Below, in pieces: positions 17,534 through 27,205 of a stretch of 64,000 nt of DNA. How positions within the stretch are numbered: the first letter of the stretch is position 1; the number at the start of each line of letters is the position of its first letter. The notes beneath the pieces were generated by a model. It was not told the DNA's origin and did not search any database. It worked only from the letters and a program-made list of their open reading frames with translations. Position numbers and translations under genes: made by a program. The DNA lies in NCBI GenBank assembly GCA_023144635.1, contig JAGLFH010000037.1, forward strand, positions 26,489-90,488, read 5' to 3'. This DNA is from Candidatus Auribacterota bacterium (lineage in GTDB: Bacteria; Auribacterota; JAFGBW01; JAFGJP01).

Positions 17534-18010
17534 TTATCTTTCTTCTATAATGTACGTATAACGTCCGTTATCAGTTAGCCGGAATGTGCCTGTAGATAAG
17601 TCACCATCATCAAGTAAAGAATCAAGTGCTTCAAGCTCATCTGTAGTAGCTTTTGTTTCAAAAAGAGCTATACCTGCATAATCATAACCGCCGCCTTCAC
17701 CCCATGAAGGCCCCTCCCAGTTATAACTACCTCCTAAAGCATCTGAATTCCAGCTATTTTCAGTTATATACCCCTGCATACTGGCCGGATATATAAGGTG
17801 AGTATCAAGAGGATATTTCCCTTCTTCCATACAGTACATCTGGAAAGCATCAGCAAAAACCTTTATATTTTTAGCTACGCGAGCTACTCTGGCATTTTTT
17901 CTGGCCCTTAAAAAAGATGGCATTCCAATGGCAACAAGAAGGCCTATTATCGCTACGACTATCATGATTTCTACTAAAGTAAAACCTGATCTTTCGTATA
18001 TTTTTTTCAT
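17534..18010 (-). CDS. prepilin-type pseudopilin (type II secretion / type IV pilin-like)
   Basis: 158 aa; N-terminus MKKIYERSGFTLVEIMIVVAIIGLLVAIGMP is a prepilin cleavage/methylation signal (G-FTLVE). Confidence 0.8.
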   Translation of the reverse strand: MKKIYERSGFTLVEIMIVVAIIGLLVAIGMPSFLRARKNARVARVAKNIKVFADAFQMYCMEEGKYPLDTHLIYPASMQGYITENSWNSDALGGSYNWEGPSWGEGGGYDYAGIALFETKATTDELEALDSLLDDGDLSTGTFRLTDNGRYTYIIEER

Positions 18011-18179
18011 ATTTTATCCCAGCTTCTATTTTTATTCGTAAAACACTAGTACAACAGCATTAACAACTTTACATAAAATTTGAAAAATATATATTTATTC
18101 TTATAATATTATACAATTAAATACATTAAAAAGGAAGTCTTTGACTGCTTTTTTGAGTGTTTTTTTGTAAAAAAACAGC

Positions 18180-19256
18180 TCAATTTTCATACTCAAGATA
18201 TCTGTAGGTATGCTCTTTTAACATATAAACATATTCATCTGAAATAACAGTATTTTTTTCGGACATTTTATCTATAGTCCATGCAAACTGAGACATAAAA
18301 GGAACAGCAAGATTATACTCATTTTTGAGCCACTTTTTGCTGCCGATGTTCATAACCTGCAAATCTTTTAGTTGATCATTTTTTAAAACCTGTGCAAGCT
18401 CCTTAACTGAAAGCCAGTTACTTTCTTTATCTTTTACTATCGCTCCATAATCAGTATCTATCATAAGCCATCTTTTTGAAGATGTTGATAACACTTCACT
18501 GACAACATGGCCCACTTCACCTTTTTCAGGTTTTAAATAAATCTCTTTTGTTTTATAGCCACTTTTTGACATCAAAAAGTTTAAGAATTTCGTTATATTA
18601 CCGCAATGTAAGCAAAGAGGCTGATCACTTGCAAAAAATTTTCTAAGCAAATTTTGAGGCACACATGAAGTTGCACCATGCTTTTTCATCATTTCAATTG
18701 AAGCATCGGATTTTGAATGAACAGAGTTTTTTGCAACAAAGGAAGCTATTGATAAAATTTCTTTTTCTACTTCCATTTCATCTTCAAGGATCAATATTTT
18801 AAAGTTACCCATTGTAGTCCTTAAATAGTAATCACCTTCTTCAGGAAAAGTTATTTGTTTTCTATCAAAAATGATCTTACTTATATCAGTACCTTTATAA
18901 TTTCCGGGTACAGGAAATGTCCCGACTATTTCAGGAGGACTCTTTTCAAGAAAAGGCTTAAAGACTTTATCTATATTTGTAGCTATTTCTGACCATTGTA
19001 CTTTTTTCTTTTTAAAGATAAGAAACAGATCATCCGTTACAGGCTCTACAGCTATTTTATCCCAACCGTACCTTACCCCCTTTGAAAATCCTTCCTTTTT
19101 CCCTTCAATAAATCCTGAAGACTTTCCTCGCAAAAAACCTGAATAATATGAAAATATCAGAATTGCGATAATAAATAAAAAGCTTAGAGCAATTGTTCTT
19201 TTTTTTATTTTATTAATTGTTCCCTCCACATTTACAGTGATAACAAGAAGATGCAT
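18180..19256 (-). CDS. hypothetical membrane-anchored protein (start uncertain)
   Basis: 358-aa ORF; the annotated ATG overlaps the upstream gene by 44 nt; an in-frame ATT at 19217 behind GGAGG would give MNKIKKRTIALSFLFIIAILIF. Confidence 0.5.
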   Translation of the reverse strand: MHLLVITVNVEGTINKIKKRTIALSFLFIIAILIFSYYSGFLRGKSSGFIEGKKEGFSKGVRYGWDKIAVEPVTDDLFLIFKKKKVQWSEIATNIDKVFKPFLEKSPPEIVGTFPVPGNYKGTDISKIIFDRKQITFPEEGDYYLRTTMGNFKILILEDEMEVEKEILSIASFVAKNSVHSKSDASIEMMKKHGATSCVPQNLLRKFFASDQPLCLHCGNITKFLNFLMSKSGYKTKEIYLKPEKGEVGHVVSEVLSTSSKRWLMIDTDYGAIVKDKESNWLSVKELAQVLKNDQLKDLQVMNIGSKKWLKNEYNLAVPFMSQFAWTIDKMSEKNTVISDEYVYMLKEHTYRYLEYEN

Positions 19257-19518
19257 AAAAAGCTCTTATTGGTATTCCGTAAAAATGTTTCCCGCATTTC
19301 GGGCATTTTGAACTTATGGAATATGTAGCTACAAATACACCTGACATTACAAATGGCATTATAAGTAGCGGATTAAATCTTATATTTTTAATTTCTGTAA
19401 CTACAGCTACAACTATTATTGCTAATAACATCAAGCCAAAGAAGCCAAGTCCTAAAGTTCTTTTTCTATTAAGTTTTTTTATCTCAAGAGAAAAATCTTT
19501 TTCTATTTCTTCTGTCAA
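19213..19518 (-). CDS. small membrane protein with C-terminal zinc-ribbon
   Basis: 101 aa; TM segment then CPKCGKHFYG...CYHCKCGG. Confidence 0.45.
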   Translation of the reverse strand: MTEEIEKDFSLEIKKLNRKRTLGLGFFGLMLLAIIVVAVVTEIKNIRFNPLLIMPFVMSGVFVATYSISSKCPKCGKHFYGIPIRAFYASSCYHCKCGGNN

Positions 19519-19533
19519 AACTAACCTCCTTTT

Positions 19534-19935
19534 TTATACTTCTTTTGGAAATTCATTTTCTACTACATCAATCAATTCAAAAGATTCAACTTCTAAAGAA
19601 TAGTAAATAAAACTGCTTGTATACCCTTGCTCATATTTGGAAACCGGTTTCACTTTTTTAATAGAAAGAACACCAATAATACGTACCAATTTACCTTCCG
19701 TATGTTTCTTTAAATATTCTTTTCCTGAAAGATATATCTTATCACCAGATGATAGAACAACTCTTTCACCAAGCCCTTTAGCAAAAGCACCCCATGCTAT
19801 ACCATCTATCTGAATACGTTTTCCAACAAGTGGTTTAATAATATGGTCAACATCTGATATCCTTTCATCAGCAAAACAAACAGTACTGATAAAAAGTAGA
19901 AATATTATAATAGTTGCTTTCATTCCCCTCTCCAA
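19534..19935 (-). CDS. hypothetical secreted protein
   Basis: 133 aa with signal peptide (MKATIIIFLLFISTVCFA). Confidence 0.5.
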   Translation of the reverse strand: MERGMKATIIIFLLFISTVCFADERISDVDHIIKPLVGKRIQIDGIAWGAFAKGLGERVVLSSGDKIYLSGKEYLKKHTEGKLVRIIGVLSIKKVKPVSKYEQGYTSSFIYYSLEVESFELIDVVENEFPKEV

Positions 19936-20341
19936 TAAATTTAAATTAACTGAGTTGTTAATTCTTTAATTTTAATAAAAGTTCCTCCAAACTATTATTC
20001 ACAATCTAAGTGTGCTGTATATGCAAGGCATCACATAAAAAGATAAACTTATTTAACTTTGTCTGTTGTCTGTAGCTTTTAAGAACTTAGTGTGTTTTAA
20101 ATGTGAGGCTTGCGAGTGAATATGACGCAAGCGTATTTTTTCCATACGCTGAGGAATCTTTAGCGAGTATAACGAAACAGTTGAAATTCAATAAGTTCTT
20201 AAAAGCTATAGACAGACTCCGTCCCTCTAACTTACATTAAAACACACTAAAATATTATATCATAATGTACTTAATATTATTTAAAAAAACAGGAGTGAAA
20301 CAGAAATTTAAAAAGCATTTAAGAACTTCGTAAGCCAGGTT

Positions 20342-20719
20342 TTATTCGCCAATAAGCTTTATGACTTTATCGGACATAATATTCGGGGTGGTGCTTAACT
20401 TTACACAAAAATCATCAGCACCTAATTGACGGCCTTTTACTACTTCTTCACCACTTGATTTTCCGGTTAAAATAATAACAGGAATATCTTTTGTTATATC
20501 ATTTTGCTTCAGTTCCTGTAATACTTCAAAGCCATTTTTGTCAGGAAGCATAATATCAAGAAGAATAAGATTGGGCTTTTGTTCAAAAGCAGATTTCAGA
20601 CCAGCCTCTGCTGTCTGCTCATACATGATCAGGAATCCTTTCGCTTCTAATGAAGAACCCATTACCATGCGGACAGTCGGACTGTCGTCTATCAATAAGA
20701 TCTTTTTTATTTCAACCAT
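20342..20719 (-). CDS. response regulator, stand-alone receiver domain (CheY-like)
   Basis: 125 aa; LLIDDSPTVRM ... ILLDIMLPDKNG ... KDIPVIILTG ... DDF. Confidence 0.85.
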   Translation of the reverse strand: MVEIKKILLIDDSPTVRMVMGSSLEAKGFLIMYEQTAEAGLKSAFEQKPNLILLDIMLPDKNGFEVLQELKQNDITKDIPVIILTGKSSGEEVVKGRQLGADDFCVKLSTTPNIMSDKVIKLIGE

Positions 20720-20781
20720 TAAAATTAATATAAATAAATTATAAAAAGAAGTAAAGGTTAAAGTAATTTGTTAGTTTGTAT

Positions 20782-22092
20782 TTACTTCAAATTTTCAATC
20801 ACAATAACATCTTTTTTTCCGCATTTATCACATTTACTAACATTAAGGCGTTTTTTAAATAAAGCAGGCCTTAATGATTCACGCGTCTTTTGCTGTACAT
20901 TTCCACATGTTGTACATTTCCCCTTAAAGAACACCTTACCATTTAAAGCATCATCTTTTACAAGTAATGCACCATGAAGATTAACAGATCCTTTTTTTGC
21001 GATTTTTTTGACTTGCTTATCTTTAACTTGATTGGACTCTTCCACAGCAGGTACTGAAGATACAACTTTTGGACTCTTCTTTGAAAAAAGTGCAAAAAGA
21101 ATAACAGCAATAATAAAAACAAAGAATACACCGGAGAGAACATAAAACATCTTTTTAATTGAAGGAGAAGATGCTTCCTTACTCTTTTCTGGTGCAGAAG
21201 CTTCCTTCTTTTTCTGGGGCAAAACAGTAATAATTGTTCCAAGATCAGTATCTGCTTTCTTTTTCTGATTTGGACTTATACGTAACAGATTTTTATCTAA
21301 CTCCTTAACAACATCCTTAAAAGACTGAAAACGGTCTTCAGGTTTTACTTTTGTCATTTTGAAATAAATACGCCTTAAGAAATCAGGAGTGTCAGGATTT
21401 AAATCTTTAGGATCCGGACGTGAAGTATTTAAATGCTGTTGAATAACCGTATAAAGGTCACCCTTAAACGGTTTCTTTTTTGTAAGCATAAAATAAAGAA
21501 TAACACCTGTTGAGTAAATATCGCTGCGACTATCCACATCTGCACCATTTATCTGTTCAGGGCTCATGTAATAAGGTGTCCCTAAAAGCTTTCCTGTTCC
21601 GGTAAGTGTTGAATGTGTATCAATTGCCTTTGCAAGACCAAAATCCATGACCTTCAATACTCCTGCGGAAGTTACCATTATATTTGAAGGTTTCATATCT
21701 CTGTGAACGATCTTTCGTTTTTCAGCCTGAAAAAGTGCTTCAGCAATACTTTTCATTATCAATGCCATTTCCTTTGGCGAGATCAATGGATTATCAAGGA
21801 TCTTTTTCTGAAGAGTTTCTCCATCAACGTACTCCATTACAAGATAAAGGTTATTATCTTCCTTACCGGTATTATAAATTTGAACAACATTGGAGTGGTT
21901 TATTCGTGCAGCAGATCTTGCTTCTCTTATAAAACGCTCTTCATAATCTCTTTCTTTCACAAACTGAGAAGATAAAAGTTTTAGAGCTACTTTCCTGCCA
22001 AGGGATAACTGCTCGGCCTCATAAACAATGCCCATACCCCCTTCACCGATTTTCCGAATTATCCTGCATCCGCCTATTACTTTATCTTTCAT
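20782..22092 (-). CDS. serine/threonine protein kinase with TM segment and C-terminal zinc-ribbon
   Basis: ORF track extends to 22137; Met at 22092 gives MKDKVIGGCRIIRKIGEGGMGIVYEA. HRDMKPSNIM, DFGLAK, SPEQ Hanks-kinase motifs; TM near residue 330; C-terminal CTTCGN...CDKCGKK. Confidence 0.85.
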   Translation of the reverse strand: MKDKVIGGCRIIRKIGEGGMGIVYEAEQLSLGRKVALKLLSSQFVKERDYEERFIREARSAARINHSNVVQIYNTGKEDNNLYLVMEYVDGETLQKKILDNPLISPKEMALIMKSIAEALFQAEKRKIVHRDMKPSNIMVTSAGVLKVMDFGLAKAIDTHSTLTGTGKLLGTPYYMSPEQINGADVDSRSDIYSTGVILYFMLTKKKPFKGDLYTVIQQHLNTSRPDPKDLNPDTPDFLRRIYFKMTKVKPEDRFQSFKDVVKELDKNLLRISPNQKKKADTDLGTIITVLPQKKKEASAPEKSKEASSPSIKKMFYVLSGVFFVFIIAVILFALFSKKSPKVVSSVPAVEESNQVKDKQVKKIAKKGSVNLHGALLVKDDALNGKVFFKGKCTTCGNVQQKTRESLRPALFKKRLNVSKCDKCGKKDVIVIENLK

Positions 22093-22251
22093 AGAGTACC
22101 TTTTATAAATTTTAATACAGAAAAGCATGTAAAGCAAATGATTTGTGGGACTTATAAAAAATAAAAAAACCTCTAATATCGAAAAACAGAGTCGTATATA
22201 TAATTTTTTTAGTGCGAATTAATCTTTTATCTTATAATATTAAATATAATC

Positions 22252-25200
22252 ATGAATACATCAATACGAATACAATTTCGTTTTCTTTATATTATTTTTT
22301 TTATATGCCTTTTCCTTTTTATCCCAAACAAAGATGTACTAACAGATACCAATGCTGATAAATATTATGAACAGGGTAATTTATTTTTTGAAGAAGAAGA
22401 ATTTGGTAAAGCTCTTTACGAATACGAAAAAGCTATTATATTGGAACCAAATCATGTTTTTGCTCTCCTTGGAATCGGAAATGTTCATTTTAAGTTAAAT
22501 GATATTGATAAAGCATATGAAAAGTTTATTCTTGTTATTAAGCTAAAGCCAAAATGTTTTGATGCCCACCTTAAATTAGGAATAATTTTTAAAGAAAAAA
22601 ACAAAAGAAAGGATGCTCTAAATTCTTTAAAAAAAGCCATAAAATTAAACTCCCATTCTGCTGAAGCATATTTTTATCAGGGGCTTATATATTTGGATCT
22701 TAAACGATACATTGATTCAAACAACTCATTTCTTGAAGCAACAAATGAAGAACCTGTTTACATGTTAGCACACTACTATCGAGGCATTGTCCTTGTTAAG
22801 CTTGATAAATTTGAAAATGCAGTTGAATCATTTAATAAAGCAATAACGATAGACCCGACTTATCCTGATTCACACTTCCAAATGGGAATCAGCTATATAA
22901 ATAAAGAACAGTATAAAGAAGCACTCCCCCATCTTCAAAAAGCAGTGAATATTATAATACCTAAAAAGGAAAAACCCGATTACACAGGAAAGCTCTATTT
23001 TTATATTGGAGAAGCGTTCCTCAATCTTAAAGAGTACCCAAAAGCAATAACAGCTTACAGCGAAGCTTTAAATTCAAATGAAGAAAGTGCTGGCCTATAT
23101 CTTCATCTTGGGAAAAGTTTTTTAAATATTGATAGGTTACAAGATTCTATAAAAGTATTTGAAAAAGCTGTAAAAAAATATCCGGATAATAGCTCTATCA
23201 GAATATGCCTTGCGAGATCTTATGAAGGCATAGGATTTCACAGTTCTGCTCTGCCTCATTATGAAAAAGCTCTTTTGTTAGATCCTGAAAACCCCGACAT
23301 CTATTATTATCTTGGGCTAGCTTATAAAAAATCAAAAAAATATGAAGATGCCGTTAACTCTCTTAATAAAGCGATTGAACTGAAAAAGGATCATGCTGAT
23401 GCATATTTTCACCTTGGAATAAGCTATCAAAACTTAAAAGAATATGATAAAAGCCAAAATGCATTTAAAAACACCATAAAGCTTAATAAAGGACACACTG
23501 GAGCTTATAAAAATCTTGGAAATATTTTGTTTCAAAAAGGAGATTATTTAAAAGCTGTAAACCTTTACAAAAAAGCAATTAAAATAAGTAAAAATGACCC
23601 TGAATTATTCTTTTATCTTGGAACATCATTTCGCATCTTGAATAAAATGCCCAAAGCAGAAAATGCTTTTAAAAAAGCTATAGAAATCAATCCTGACTAT
23701 TTGGAAGCAAGAATACGCCTTGCACAAGTCTATTATGATCAAAATAATTTCCCAAAAGCAATCAATACATATAAAGAGATCATTGATCTCGATAAAAATA
23801 ATACCTCTGCCCATCTTTATATCGGTCATTCCTATTTTAAACAAAAAAAACACCTGTTAGCAGCAGGTGCTTTTTCTAAAGTAGTTTTGATCGAGCCAAA
23901 AAACATTGAAGCCTACAAAAATCTCGGATTATGTTTTTATGAGTTAAAACAATTTGATAAAGCAGCAATTGCATTTAGTAATGCACTAAAATTTAAAAAA
24001 GATGATGCCCACATTCTTTTCCTTCTGGGAGATTCTTATTTTAATATTAAAAAATTTAAAGAAGCTCAAGATAAATTTAAAAAAGCTGTAGAACTTGCCC
24101 CAAGAGATGGAAAGGCACTAAAAAGACTCGGAATTTCGGAATTTAAACTTAATAATTTCACACAATCTGCTAACGCATTTGAAAAAGCAATAAAAAGAAA
24201 GCAAAGATCTCCAGAAGTTTATTCTTATTTAGGAATTTCCTACTCTGAACTTAATAAAAAAGATAAAGCTATTGAAGCTTGTCAGGAAGCTGTTTATCTT
24301 AGCAATAACAACGTAGAATATATACGAAATCTTGCAAAAGTATATTATAAGTTCGGTGAATATGAAGATGCCATAATATCTCTAGACGAAATTATCCAAA
24401 CAGTTCCTGACGACATTGATTCTTATTTGATGCTCGGAAATATCTATTTAAATATTGATAAACCTCTTGAAGCAGAAAAAAATTTCCATGAAGTTTTAAG
24501 TCTTAATAACGATAACTTAGAGGCAGAGACACAGCTTGGGCTTATTTACTACCAAAAAGGCCTTTATTCTGATGCAATTAACTGTCTCAAAAAATCCCTT
24601 ACAAAAGAACCTGACAATGCTGACGGACATAGAATAATAGGTAAAGCCTATACTTCTATTAATAATTATGATGAAGCAATCCTATCTTTAAAAAAAGCAC
24701 TCCGCCTGATTCCAGAAAGAATCGATGTAATAAATGATCTTTGCAATGCAATTGCGGTTACAGGAGAATTTGAAGAAGCAGAAGAGATCTATAATAAAGC
24801 TCTTTCAAAATATCCCGAGAACGCTTTTCTTCGTTCCAACCTTGGAATATTCTATAGTAAAACAGGTAAAAAAGAGCAAGCTGAAAAAGAATGTATTGCT
24901 GCAATTAAAATGAAACCTGATTCGGTTAAATTACATCATAATCTTGGGCTTGCTTACTATTACTTAGACAATAAAGAAAAAGCATCAGAGATATTTAATA
25001 AAACTATTCTTCTTGATAATAATTACACAGATGCATACATAATGCTCGGCTTTATATCTGAAGAGAAAAAAGATTTTGAAAAAGCATTGTTCTATTATAA
25101 TGAGGCAATACGCACTGATGATAAGAATATTGAACCTTATTACTATAAAGGCGTAGTACATGCTAAATTAAATAATTATGAAAAAGCAAAAAAGAATTTT

Positions 25201-25365
25201 AAGAAAGTTATACTGCACAAACCAAATCATATTGATGCTATCTATAATTTAGGTGTCATTTATACTCTTCTTGGTAATACTGGAAAAGCACACAAGCAAC
25301 ATAAAATTTTAATCAGGCTTCACAAAGGATCTGCAGACGAACTTATGGGAATAATCCTGTACTGA
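22252..25365 (+). CDS. tetratricopeptide (TPR) repeat protein, 1037 aa
   Basis: N-terminal signal/TM then more than 25 tandem 34-residue TPR units (recurring W-LG-Y...A...F..A..L.P.N pattern). Confidence 0.85.
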   Translation: MNTSIRIQFRFLYIIFFICLFLFIPNKDVLTDTNADKYYEQGNLFFEEEEFGKALYEYEKAIILEPNHVFALLGIGNVHFKLNDIDKAYEKFILVIKLKPKCFDAHLKLGIIFKEKNKRKDALNSLKKAIKLNSHSAEAYFYQGLIYLDLKRYIDSNNSFLEATNEEPVYMLAHYYRGIVLVKLDKFENAVESFNKAITIDPTYPDSHFQMGISYINKEQYKEALPHLQKAVNIIIPKKEKPDYTGKLYFYIGEAFLNLKEYPKAITAYSEALNSNEESAGLYLHLGKSFLNIDRLQDSIKVFEKAVKKYPDNSSIRICLARSYEGIGFHSSALPHYEKALLLDPENPDIYYYLGLAYKKSKKYEDAVNSLNKAIELKKDHADAYFHLGISYQNLKEYDKSQNAFKNTIKLNKGHTGAYKNLGNILFQKGDYLKAVNLYKKAIKISKNDPELFFYLGTSFRILNKMPKAENAFKKAIEINPDYLEARIRLAQVYYDQNNFPKAINTYKEIIDLDKNNTSAHLYIGHSYFKQKKHLLAAGAFSKVVLIEPKNIEAYKNLGLCFYELKQFDKAAIAFSNALKFKKDDAHILFLLGDSYFNIKKFKEAQDKFKKAVELAPRDGKALKRLGISEFKLNNFTQSANAFEKAIKRKQRSPEVYSYLGISYSELNKKDKAIEACQEAVYLSNNNVEYIRNLAKVYYKFGEYEDAIISLDEIIQTVPDDIDSYLMLGNIYLNIDKPLEAEKNFHEVLSLNNDNLEAETQLGLIYYQKGLYSDAINCLKKSLTKEPDNADGHRIIGKAYTSINNYDEAILSLKKALRLIPERIDVINDLCNAIAVTGEFEEAEEIYNKALSKYPENAFLRSNLGIFYSKTGKKEQAEKECIAAIKMKPDSVKLHHNLGLAYYYLDNKEKASEIFNKTILLDNNYTDAYIMLGFISEEKKDFEKALFYYNEAIRTDDKNIEPYYYKGVVHAKLNNYEKAKKNFKKVILHKPNHIDAIYNLGVIYTLLGNTGKAHKQHKILIRLHKGSADELMGIILY

Positions 25366-25499
25366 TACAGACACAAGACTCAAGCAAAACCTCAGAATCC
25401 AAAGACCTAAAACAAAGAAGAAATAACAAAAGGCACAAGACTCAAAAGCGTTGTTCGTCGTTCGTGATTCGGGGTTCGTGAATTGAGCGCTCCGCGATA

Positions 25500-25660
25500 T
25501 AAAATAAAAAGCAGAGAACAGAAAAAAATCGAGGGATGAAGGACGAGGGACAAAAAAACAGAAGATGCACGATACAAGATACACGATAAATAAAAGCAAA
25601 AGACTTTAGACTCAAGGGGAAAAGCACAAGATAGAAAAGAATAATAAAGAATAAATGTCC
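25500..25660. repeat. T-depleted purine-rich low-complexity tract
   Basis: agcagagaacagaaaaaaatcgagggatgaaggacgagggacaaaaaaacagaagatgcacgatacaagatac...; several GGA motifs. Confidence 0.45.
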
Positions 25661-25723
25661 ATGGACCGTGGTCAATAGACCATAGTCAGAAAAAAACAAA
25701 AGAAAAATTAAAAATAAATAAAT

Positions 25724-25767
25724 CACCCCGCAGGAGTAACCAAGTAACACCTACGGGGTGGTTTTTT
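25724..25767 (+). terminator. terminator-like hairpin repeat (CCACCCCGCAGG...CCTACGGGGTGG plus T6)
   Basis: caccccgcagg-agtaaccaagtaaca-cctacggggtgg-tttttt; second copy 47979-48027. Confidence 0.45.
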
Positions 25768-25776
25768 ATACTACGC

Positions 25777-25810
25777 TTTACAGCGGGCGCAGGCTAGCGG
25801 CGCCCCTACT
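25777..25810 (+). repeat. REP-like hairpin unit
   Basis: cagcGGGCGCaggctagcgGCGCCCctactcac. Confidence 0.6.
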
Positions 25811-25872
25811 CACATTCTACTTTTTATGTTTTACAAGGGCGGTTCGCTTATTTTACACCAAATCCTTGCCCT

Positions 25873-25919
25873 CATGAACCACGTGGGGTTCATGACCGTA
25901 AACCCTACGTGGTTTACGG
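25873..25919 (+). repeat. double-hairpin repeat module (CATGAACC...GGTTCATG / CCGTAAACC...GGTTTACGG)
   Basis: Related copies with the same stems and different loops at 33927-33961 and 46408-46431. Confidence 0.5.
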
Positions 25920-25967
25920 CTATCGCAGATCCGCCAGCGCTTTGAGGAGGACTCACTTTTTATTTTG
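25920..25967 (+). repeat. intergenic repeat module (CTATCGCAGATYCGCCAGCRCTTTGRGGAGGACT)
   Basis: Three copies in window (25920, 28432, 41733 inverted), each preceded by a GC hairpin and containing GGAGGACT followed by a T-run. Confidence 0.6.
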
Positions 25968-26169
25968 TTGTTTTTCACTTGAAACCTCGAATCCTTGAAC
26001 TCTTTTTTTCTACTTTCTACAATTACAATTGACAAATAAAATACTGATTGTTAACATAAAAATTCAACTGATTTATTAGTATTTATTTTTACGTAAAAAA
26101 ATTTATAATTTACTGCTGTCAAATAAGTTATTTCAACTTCTAGTAAATTTATTCTCGGAGGGAAACATA

Positions 26170-27186
26170 GTGAGTCTTCAACGCGCATTCATTAAAAATA
26201 TTATTGAAAAAGCAAAAAAAGATCCTAAACATATCGTGTTTCCGGAAGGAGAGGATACGCGTATCCTTGAAGCAGCGCACGTAATTACAAAAGAAAAAAT
26301 TGCAAAGATAACTATTCTTGGCGATGAAGATAAGATATCTAATTTTTATGATGAAAAAGGATATTCGAAAGAAAACATCTCTATAGTTGATCCTACTAAA
26401 TCACATGACATCCCTCATTTTGTAGAACTCTTTTATATTTTAAGAAAACATAAAGGAATTTCTATTGAACAGGCAAAGGAATTTGTAAAACAGAACAATT
26501 ATTTTGGTACTCTTTTAGTATACGATAAAATGGCTGATGCTCTTATATCAGGAGCATCACATTCAACTGCTGATACAGTAAGACCTGCTTTGCAAATAAT
26601 AAAAGCTTCAAGAAAGACATCTATTGTATCCAGCATGTTCTTCATGTGTTTTGATGAAAAAACACTGATATTTGCAGATTGCGGGCTTGTTGAAGATCCT
26701 AATGATAAACAACTTGCTGATATGGCAATACAAAGTGCACTAACCGCTCTTCAATTTGATATTGAACCTGCTGTTGCGCTTCTGTCATATTCCACCAAAG
26801 GATCAGCAGAGAGCCAGATGACAAATAAAATAGTCAGAGCAACAAAAATAGCTCAGGAAAAAATAGCCCAGCTATATCCTGATCTGCCAATAAAGATAGA
26901 CGGCGAGCTTCAGGGAGATGCTGCAATAGTCCCAAGTGTTGCGATCAAAAAATGTCCCGGAAGTATTTTGCAGGGAAATGCAAAGGTTCTTGTATTTCCT
27001 GATCTGAATGCTGGAAACATTGCTTATAAGCTTGTACAAAGATTATGCGGAGCATCTGCTTTTGGTCCAATATTACAGGGGCTTAAAAGACCTGTAAATG
27101 ATCTTTCTAGAGGATGCAGCATAGATGATATTGTCGGAGTAACAGCAATAACGGTAGTTCAATGCCAACAAAAAGAAAATGAATAA
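26170..27186 (+). CDS. pta: phosphate acetyltransferase (Pta; could be a butyryltransferase)
   Basis: 338 aa, GTG start with GGAGG SD; phosphate acyltransferase family; immediately upstream of ackA. Confidence 0.85.
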   Translation: MSLQRAFIKNIIEKAKKDPKHIVFPEGEDTRILEAAHVITKEKIAKITILGDEDKISNFYDEKGYSKENISIVDPTKSHDIPHFVELFYILRKHKGISIEQAKEFVKQNNYFGTLLVYDKMADALISGASHSTADTVRPALQIIKASRKTSIVSSMFFMCFDEKTLIFADCGLVEDPNDKQLADMAIQSALTALQFDIEPAVALLSYSTKGSAESQMTNKIVRATKIAQEKIAQLYPDLPIKIDGELQGDAAIVPSVAIKKCPGSILQGNAKVLVFPDLNAGNIAYKLVQRLCGASAFGPILQGLKRPVNDLSRGCSIDDIVGVTAITVVQCQQKENE

Positions 27187-27205
27187 GAAGGGTTAAAAGT
27201 TAAAC

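Noticed and set aside
25309-26035. ORF-track frames 25309-25599, 25442-25750, 25853-26035 in the spacer after the TPR gene
   Set aside because: All on the minus strand across purine-rich tracts and hairpin modules; no SD and low-complexity translations; better explained as non-coding mosaic repeats.
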